NCBI GenBank assembly: GCA_035535995.1
Contig: DATLOZ010000012.1
Location: forward strand, 62,326-86,325
Source of the DNA: Cytophagaceae bacterium
Lineage (GTDB): Bacteria; Bacteroidota; Bacteroidia; Cytophagales; Cytophagaceae
Length of the DNA stretch: 24,000 nucleotides
Direction: 5' to 3'
The notes below the pieces were generated by a model. That model was not told where the DNA came from and did no database searches. It saw only the letters and a program-made list of their open reading frames with translations. Below are positions 15,320-21,117 of the stretch, piece after piece; position 1 is the stretch's first letter; the number at the start of each line of letters is the position of its first letter. Made by a program: the position numbers and the translations under genes.

Positions 15320-15978
15320 TACTCTTCCTGCGTCTCTTTCACATACTTCCCATAATACCAGCAAAAATCTGTCAGCGGGCATTCATTGCATTTCGGATTG
15401 CGCGCTACGCAGATATAGCGCCCGTGCAGGATCAACCAGTGATGTGCTACATGCACATACTCACTCGGAATATATTTAACCAATTGTTTTTCCACTTCCA
15501 GTGGCGTATTGGCTGTTTGTGTTACCAATCCTATTCTTTTGGAAACACGGAACACATGTGTATCCACGGCCATAGCGGGTTGGTGGTAAATGACCGACAC
15601 AATCACATTCGCAGTTTTTCTTCCTACACCTGGTAGTTTTTGCAAGTCTTCTAGATTGTCCGGCACTTCCCCTTTGAAATCTTTGATCAGCATTTTCGCC
15701 ATGCCGAGTAAATGTTTGGCTTTGTTATTTCCGAAAGAAATACTTTTGATGTATCCGAATATTTCTTCTTCGGAAGATTTTGAAAGTTCGTACGCATTAG
15801 GAAATCGCTGAAACAGTGCAGGTGTGGTCATATTTACTCTTTTGTCTGTACACTGCGCGCTAAGGATCACGGCCACCAGCAGTTCATAAGGGTTGGAATA
15901 ATGTAGCTCTGTTTGAGCATCAGGAGAATGATTTTTAAAATAATTGATAAACCGCTCGTAGCGTTCTTTCTTCTGCAT
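15319..15978 (-). CDS. nth: Endonuclease III (DNA glycosylase/AP lyase)
   Basis: ORF 15319..16065 trimmed to ATG 15978 (MQKKERYERFINYF...), because the extension translates an intergenic repeat. It has the HhH-GPD motif (LQKLPGVGRKTANVIVSV...AVDTHVFRVSKRIGL) and a 4Fe-4S Cys cluster (CVARNPKCNECPLTDFC). Confidence 0.95.
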   Translation of the reverse strand: MQKKERYERFINYFKNHSPDAQTELHYSNPYELLVAVILSAQCTDKRVNMTTPALFQRFPNAYELSKSSEEEIFGYIKSISFGNNKAKHLLGMAKMLIKDFKGEVPDNLEDLQKLPGVGRKTANVIVSVIYHQPAMAVDTHVFRVSKRIGLVTQTANTPLEVEKQLVKYIPSEYVHVAHHWLILHGRYICVARNPKCNECPLTDFCWYYGKYVKETQEE

Positions 15979-16020
15979 GGGATTATAAGCTTTGATTGCT
16001 AAAGTAAGAAAAAAGATGCT

Positions 16021-16172
16021 GGATACCAGATGCCAGATACCGGATGAAATGAGGTCAATACTCACTGTTCTTTCTAAACGCCGACCAATCTCTAAACTGG
16101 ACTTAAAGAATTTTCGAGATAATACCTTTTACCAGAATTTATCTGGCATCTGGCATCTGGTATCCGGTATCC
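16021..16172. repeat. Inverted pair of family A heptamer arrays flanking a unique spacer of roughly 90-100 bp
   Basis: Left arm: GGATACC AGATGCC AGATACC GGATGAA (16021-16048). Right arm: GGCATCT GGCATCT GGTATCC GGTATCC (16145-16172), the complement orientation. It lies between the nth start and the sigma-operon terminator. Confidence 0.85.
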
Positions 16173-16188
16173 TATTCCAGGTATCGAC

Positions 16189-16234
16189 AAAAAAATTCCA
16201 ACCAGTGAATAAAACTAGAAATTCACGGTTGGAA
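16189..16234 (-). terminator. Rho-independent terminator of the sigma-factor operon
   Basis: TTCCAACCAGTGAAT (16196-16210) pairs with ATTCACGGTTGGAA (16221-16234), leaving one bulged A. On the minus strand the hairpin is followed by TTTTTTT (A-run 16189-16195). It begins 21 nt after the stop at 16255. Confidence 0.75.
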
Positions 16235-16254
16235 CTAAATAACAATTATTGGGA

Positions 16255-16485
16255 CTATTGAATTTTCATAAACGATACCGAATAATTTAAAATGGCATCG
16301 ATGCTTTTTTGCCTTGGCTGAAATGACAAGGCCTCCAGCGATATTTTGATGTCTTCAAATTCGTCTCTTTCTTCCGAAAGAGTTGAATTCATTACACATT
16401 CTGTCTGAAAATCTTCCTGTGAGCTTTCGCTGTTTTCTTTGTATACATTAAGGATGATCTCATTTTGGGTAGTAGTTTTTATCAT
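16255..16485 (-). CDS. Small acidic hypothetical protein co-transcribed with the sigma factor (possible anti-sigma/partner)
   Basis: 76-aa ORF overlapping the sigma gene 3' end by 26 nt. Acidic (SESSQEDFQTE...SEERDEFED), with no TM helix. It ends ...QPRQKSIDAILNYSVSFMKIQ. No family was recognised. Confidence 0.5.
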   Translation of the reverse strand: MIKTTTQNEIILNVYKENSESSQEDFQTECVMNSTLSEERDEFEDIKISLEALSFQPRQKSIDAILNYSVSFMKIQ

Positions 16486-17059
16486 AGGCTATCGACTCTT
16501 TTTGCAATTGTTTCCTGAGATTGATCAGGGCATAACGCATTCTACCAAGAGCGGTATTAATGCTAACGCCCGTTTCTTCGGCAATCTCCTGGAAACTCAT
16601 GTCGCCGTAATGCCTCATCAGCACCACTTCGCGTTGAACGTCCGGGAGCGCCTGGATCGTTTTTCTTAATAACGCATGAGTGTCGTCTTTTATTTTAAGG
16701 TTTTCGACAGATTCTTCAGAAAAATCCATCGAGTTGTAAACAGCGGGAGTTTCGTCGATATCGTGGTGCGGATAACGCTTGTCCTTGCGGAAACTATCGA
16801 TCGCCATATTTCGCGCGATACGGCATACCCATTGCACGAATTTGCCTTCATTATTGTATTCGCCGGCTTTTAGCTTACGAATTACCTTAAAGAAGGTATC
16901 CTGCAAAAGATCTTCCGCATGGTCACGGTCTTTTACGATCAGATAAATGGTGGTTAATACTTTGGATTTGTGTCTTTTGAGAAGAACCGCAAAAGCTTCC
17001 TCCTTGCCTTTAACATACAGCGATACAAGCTCGGCATCGCTCATCTTGTTAATCATCAT
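16460..17059 (-). CDS. RNA polymerase sigma-70 family, ECF-type sigma factor
   Basis: Region 2 (DHAEDLLQDTFFKVIRKL...FVQWVCRIARNMAIDSFRK) and region 4 HTH (LPDVQREVVLMRHYGDMSFQEIAEETGVSINTALGRMRYALINLRKQL). Confidence 0.9.
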   Translation of the reverse strand: MMINKMSDAELVSLYVKGKEEAFAVLLKRHKSKVLTTIYLIVKDRDHAEDLLQDTFFKVIRKLKAGEYNNEGKFVQWVCRIARNMAIDSFRKDKRYPHHDIDETPAVYNSMDFSEESVENLKIKDDTHALLRKTIQALPDVQREVVLMRHYGDMSFQEIAEETGVSINTALGRMRYALINLRKQLQKESIAYDKNYYPK

Positions 17060-17308
17060 AAATTCTCTAGTTTTAGTGAACGTAGAGTTTTATCTCATAG
17101 GCAAATCGGTTTTTCTAAATATAAAAGGTTGATTACTATCTATCAAATATACTACCAAATTTTATATTTCTATAAGAAAACAGGTAAAATTTGTAATATA
17201 TTTTATAGCTATTATACTATAACGAGCAGAATAAAGTTTCAAAGCTTAATCTTTTTTTAAGAAAAAAGGTAACCGAAGGTCCGTATTGAGTGTGAGCCTT
17301 TCTCTCTA

Positions 17309-17381
17309 TTGCTGGCGGGGACGCCAGCAAGAACCTGCTACCAAAAAGGAAATATATAAGTTTTGCTGGGTCCGCCAGCAA
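17309..17381. promoter_or_regulatory. Two copies of a TTGCTGG(CG)...(CG)CCAGCAA palindrome in the sigma/uvrA divergent region
   Basis: Copy 1 (17309-17330): TTGCTGGCG-GGGA-CGCCAGCAA, 9-bp perfect arms. Copy 2 (17363-17381): TTGCTGG-GTCCG-CCAGCAA, 7-bp arms. Their centres are about 52-53 bp apart. Confidence 0.45.
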
Positions 17382-17390
17382 AAAGGGGAA

Positions 17391-17430
17391 GACACCGGAT
17401 ATTTTATCTGGCATCCAGAATCCGGTATCT
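17391..17430. repeat. Degenerate family A heptamer palindrome
   Basis: GACACC GGATATT TTATCT GGCATCC AGAATCC GGTATCT. ACCGGAT (17394-17400) pairs with ATCCGGT (17420-17426). Confidence 0.7.
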
Positions 17431-17534
17431 CTCGCAGAGAACCTTATTCTTCATCTCATTGTTATTAAAAGCCGCTACAAGATGGAGCAGCCGTGAATTT
17501 TGTGTAAATTTACTAGTTAGAACAACCCTTTAAT

Positions 17535-20387
17535 ATGTCCTTACTTCAGGAACAAGTAGAAAACAAACAGGCGATCGACGACCTGGACCCAAAGAAATTT
17601 ATCGTCATCAAAGGAGCACGGGTCAACAATCTTAAAAACCTCAGTGTAGCCATTCCAAGAAATAAGCTGGTAGTGATCACCGGCCTTTCCGGCTCGGGAA
17701 AATCTTCCCTGGCTTTTGATACTCTTTTTGCCGAAGGACAAAGAATGTATGTGGAAAGCCTCAGCTCTTATGCCCGCCAATTCCTGGGCAGGATGCAGAA
17801 ACCGGAAGTAGACTATATCAAAGGTGTTTCGCCCGCTATCGCCATTGAGCAAAAAGTTACTTCTAAAAACCCTCGCTCTACCGTAGGCACCACTACTGAG
17901 ATCTACGATTATCTAAAACTTCTTTTCGCACGCATCGGACATACGTATTCGCCTGTATCGGGCAGGATGGTGAAGAAGGATACGGTGACGGATGTAGTAA
18001 ATTATATCTACACCTTCGACGAAGGCGATCGCGTAATTGTCTTCACACCGCTGAAAATAAAAGAGGGAAGAAAAAGAGAAGAAGAACTGAAAGTATTGCT
18101 GCAAAAGGGATTCACAAGAATCATTGCAGATGGTGTCACTGTTTTCATAGAAGAAATCCTGGAACGACCTGCAGAGATCAAAAAATTCAAAGAAGTATTC
18201 ATCCTCATCGACCGCAACGTATTGAACAAAGCGGAAGAAGAATCCCAGTTCCGCCTGGCCGACTCGATCCAGACTGCCTTCTTTGAAGGCGAAGGTGAGT
18301 GCATGGTGGAAATTGTAGGAAAAGAAAAAAAATCCTTCTCCGATCGCTTCGAACTCGATGGCATTTTATTCGAAGAACCTACTGCCAACTTTTTCAGCTT
18401 CAATAATCCATACGGCGCCTGCAAACGTTGCGAAGGGTTCGGCTCTGTGCTGGGCATCGACGAAGACCTGGTGATCCCAAATAAAAACCTCTCTATCTTC
18501 GAAGGAGCCGTTGCTCCCTGGCGCGGAGAAAAAATGCAGGAATGGGCAAAACCATTGATTAAAAACGGAATCAAGTTTGACTTCCCGATCCATCGGTCTT
18601 ACAGTGAATTGACACAGGCTGAGAAAGATCTGCTTTGGACAGGAAATAAATATTTTGAAGGGCTCAACGATTTCTTCAAATACCTCGAAACACAAACGCA
18701 TAAAATTCAATACCGCGTGATGCTTTCACGCTACCGCGGACGCACCACCTGCCCCGATTGTCGTGGCTCACGTTTACGCAAAGATGCTTCTTATGTAAAA
18801 ATAAATGACCGCTCTATCACTGATCTCGTGCTTTCACCGATCAGCGATGCTTTACAGTTCTTTCAATCCATCGAACTAAGCGAGTACGAACAAAAAATAG
18901 CGCAGCGAATTCTTACCGAGATCATCAACCGTTTGAGCTATATGGACAAAGTTGGTTTAGGCTATCTTACCCTGAACCGCCTTACCTCTACGCTCTCCGG
19001 CGGGGAATACCAACGGATCAAGCTGGCTACTTCATTGGGAAGCGCGCTGGTTGGTTCTATGTATATTCTGGATGAACCAAGCATCGGACTTCACCCGAGA
19101 GATACTAAAAAACTGATCGACGTGCTGCTGCTGCTGCGCGACATGGGAAACACGGTGATCGTAGTGGAACATGAAGAAGAAGTAATGCGTGCCGCCGACC
19201 AGGTGATCGATATCGGGCCAGATGCAGGAAGCCACGGCGGCGAGCTGATCTTCCAGCTCAACGCTGCTGAGATCATGGCAAAAGACCCGAAAAATGTTAG
19301 CCCTGCCTTAGCGCAATCGCATACCTTCCGTTACCTCAATCATATTGATACCATTGCGATTCCGAAAGTTCGTCGGAAATGGTCGGAATGTGTAGAAGTG
19401 AAAGGTTGCCGTGAAAATAATTTGAAAAATGTAGATGTAAAATTTCCACTCGGTGTGATGACGGTGGTAACAGGAGTCAGCGGTTCGGGGAAATCCACGC
19501 TGGTAAAGAAAATCCTGGCGCCCGCGCTGATGAAGCAATTGGGAATGGTCGGAGATTTCACCGGGAAATTTGACGGCATCGAAGGAACAACCCAACGTAT
19601 CACACAAGTAGAATACGTGGATCAGAATCCGATTGGAAAATCTTCCCGTTCAAACCCCGTAACCTATGTAAAGGCTTATGACGTGATCCGCGATCTATAC
19701 GCCGATCAGCCGCTTGCCAAAACGCGTGCCTATAAGCCCGGATTTTTCTCCTTCAACGTAGACGGCGGCCGCTGCGAAACATGCCAGGGCGAAGGCGAGA
19801 TCACCGTGGAAATGCAGTTCATGGCCGACATTCGCCTTAAATGCGAAGCCTGCGATGGAAAACGTTTCAAACAGGAATTACTGGAAGTAAAATACAAAGA
19901 CCGTTCGATCAATGAGATCCTCGATATGACGATCGAAGACAGTATTGATTTCTTCAAAGACAAACCAAAGATCATAGAGAAATTAAAACCGCTGCAAGAT
20001 GTGGGACTTGGGTATGTAAGACTGGGACAATCTTCCAGCTCGCTCTCCGGTGGTGAAGCACAGCGCGTGAAGCTGGCTTCCTTTCTTAACAAAACACCTT
20101 CGTCTGCCAAAGAACAAATCCTCTTTATCTTCGACGAGCCTACTACAGGTTTGCATTTTCATGATATCAAAAAATTGCTTACCGCGATCAATGCATTGGT
20201 AGAACAAGGCAACAGTGTGATCATTATTGAACACAACATGGAAATGATCAAAAGCGCCGACTGGATCATCGACATGGGCCCGGAAGGCGGTGACAAAGGC
20301 GGACACGTAACCTTTGAAGGCACGCCGGAAGATATGTGTAAGCTGAAAGACAATTACACGGCAGCTTTTTTGAAAGAAAAGATGTAA
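17535..20387 (+). CDS. uvrA: Excinuclease ABC subunit A
   Basis: 950 aa. It has two ABC ATPase modules ([14 protein letters not shown]; [11 protein letters not shown]), signature motifs ([12 protein letters not shown]; [12 protein letters not shown]) and Zn-finger cysteines ([24 protein letters not shown]...CEACDGKR). Confidence 0.97.
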   Translation: MSLLQEQVENKQAIDDLDPKKFIVIKGARVNNLKNLSVAIPRNKLVVITGLSGSGKSSLAFDTLFAEGQRMYVESLSSYARQFLGRMQKPEVDYIKGVSPAIAIEQKVTSKNPRSTVGTTTEIYDYLKLLFARIGHTYSPVSGRMVKKDTVTDVVNYIYTFDEGDRVIVFTPLKIKEGRKREEELKVLLQKGFTRIIADGVTVFIEEILERPAEIKKFKEVFILIDRNVLNKAEEESQFRLADSIQTAFFEGEGECMVEIVGKEKKSFSDRFELDGILFEEPTANFFSFNNPYGACKRCEGFGSVLGIDEDLVIPNKNLSIFEGAVAPWRGEKMQEWAKPLIKNGIKFDFPIHRSYSELTQAEKDLLWTGNKYFEGLNDFFKYLETQTHKIQYRVMLSRYRGRTTCPDCRGSRLRKDASYVKINDRSITDLVLSPISDALQFFQSIELSEYEQKIAQRILTEIINRLSYMDKVGLGYLTLNRLTSTLSGGEYQRIKLATSLGSALVGSMYILDEPSIGLHPRDTKKLIDVLLLLRDMGNTVIVVEHEEEVMRAADQVIDIGPDAGSHGGELIFQLNAAEIMAKDPKNVSPALAQSHTFRYLNHIDTIAIPKVRRKWSECVEVKGCRENNLKNVDVKFPLGVMTVVTGVSGSGKSTLVKKILAPALMKQLGMVGDFTGKFDGIEGTTQRITQVEYVDQNPIGKSSRSNPVTYVKAYDVIRDLYADQPLAKTRAYKPGFFSFNVDGGRCETCQGEGEITVEMQFMADIRLKCEACDGKRFKQELLEVKYKDRSINEILDMTIEDSIDFFKDKPKIIEKLKPLQDVGLGYVRLGQSSSSLSGGEAQRVKLASFLNKTPSSAKEQILFIFDEPTTGLHFHDIKKLLTAINALVEQGNSVIIIEHNMEMIKSADWIIDMGPEGGDKGGHVTFEGTPEDMCKLKDNYTAAFLKEKM

Positions 20388-20388
20388 C

Positions 20389-20416
20389 ATTAACAATGGC
20401 CGCAGGCCTTATTAAT
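20389..20416. repeat. Imperfect hairpin (ATTAACAATGGCC-GCA-GGCCTTATTAAT), left unit of a three-hairpin block
   Basis: It starts 2 nt after the uvrA stop. GGCC/GGCC core with an AT-rich extension. It is related to the unit at 20510-20537: both carry the ATTAACAA/TTGTTAAT motif and a GGCC-loop-GGCC core. Confidence 0.7.
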
Positions 20417-20427
20417 CGTGCTATTAA

Positions 20428-20482
20428 TTATGAATGTTGAATTATAAGTTATGAATGAAAAAACGTAATTCAACATTCATAA
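20428..20482 (+). terminator. 17-bp perfect AT-rich hairpin downstream of uvrA (putative terminator / repeat core)
   Basis: TTATGAATGTTGAATTA (20428-20444) and TAATTCAACATTCATAA (20466-20482), verified complementary, with a 21-nt loop. TTATGAATG recurs in the loop and ATTCATAAC recurs after the stem. Confidence 0.5.
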
Positions 20483-20509
20483 CTCATAATTCATAACTTT
20501 ATCCAAACG

Positions 20510-20537
20510 ATTGTTAAGGCCTGAAGGCCATTAACAA
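20510..20537. repeat. Hairpin (ATTGTTAAGGCC-TGAA-GGCCATTAACAA), right unit of the three-hairpin block
   Basis: 11-bp stem with one bulged A. It ends 1 nt before ATG 20539 of the thioesterase gene. Confidence 0.7.
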
Positions 20538-20538
20538 C

Positions 20539-21006
20539 ATGAAACCTCTTATGAAAGAAAATAAAGTATTACCAATATTTAAGTCATACATCGGGAAGGA
20601 GTTTGAGAACAATCCTTCGCGCTATGGTGCCTGGTTGAAAGGTATTCTGAAAGAAGCCGAAGAAGGCATGCTGGTGGCGGAATTTATCGTCCGAAAAGAA
20701 ATGACCAACGGCATCGGCACGCTGCACGGTGGCGTGATTGCAGGCATTCTGGACGATATCATGGGCGCTACAGTAGTATCATTGGGCGATCCTAATTTCT
20801 ATACTACTGTAAATTTAACAGTTGATTATTTTTACCCTGGAAAAGAAAACGATCTGCTGACAGCAAAAGCATTCATAATTAAAAAAGGGAAACAGATCCA
20901 TCACGTGCAAGCAGAGTTGTGGAATCTTTCCACCAACAAAATGCTCGCCAAAGGAAATTCTAACCTGCTACGCATCGACGTGCCGGTGAAACATGCGGCG
21001 GAATAA
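20539..21006 (+). CDS. PaaI-family hotdog-fold thioesterase
   Basis: NGIGTLHGGVIAGILDDIMGATV is the PaaI/4HBT-type core motif, in a protein of ~150 aa. An alternative start is ATG 20551. Confidence 0.85.
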   Translation: MKPLMKENKVLPIFKSYIGKEFENNPSRYGAWLKGILKEAEEGMLVAEFIVRKEMTNGIGTLHGGVIAGILDDIMGATVVSLGDPNFYTTVNLTVDYFYPGKENDLLTAKAFIIKKGKQIHHVQAELWNLSTNKMLAKGNSNLLRIDVPVKHAAE

Positions 21007-21036
21007 ACTGGTTGAAAATTATTATGAGTTAAAAAT

Positions 21037-21102
21037 GGATACCGGATGCCAGATACCGGATAAAAATATTATGTGGTATCTGGCATCCGGTATCCGGTAT
21101 CT
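21037..21102. repeat. Archetype family A palindrome: two inverted arrays of four heptamers (likely also the terminator of the thioesterase gene)
   Basis: Left arm: GGATACC GGATGCC AGATACC GGATAAA (21037-21064). Right arm: GGTATCT GGCATCC GGTATCC GGTATCT (21075-21102). 21038-21057 and 21075-21094 form a 20-bp perfect stem, verified. Confidence 0.9.
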
Positions 21103-21117
21103 ATTTTAGACTACACT

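Noticed and set aside
15992-16261. 89-aa plus-strand ORF, and the N-terminal 29 aa of the nth ORF-track model (to 16065)
   Set aside because: Both translate the family A heptamer arrays (SGIWHLVSGI...). A normal-length endonuclease III starts at ATG 15978.
17217-17468. Two overlapping ORFs of 60-65 aa in the sigma/uvrA intergenic region
   Set aside because: They are made of translated palindromic repeats (TTGCTGGCG hairpins and a family A element) and have no coding features.
17541-20396. Multiple 60-190-aa minus-strand ORFs inside uvrA (e.g. 18008-18574, 19983-20396) and plus-strand ORFs inside polA (11093-13546)
   Set aside because: These are shadow ORFs within two unambiguous, full-length housekeeping genes.
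16021-21102. Heptamer arrays as a CRISPR array or tandem VNTR
   Set aside because: The units are 7 nt with no spacers, are arranged as inverted arms, and are scattered at separate loci. This does not fit CRISPR repeat-spacer architecture, and no cas genes are present.
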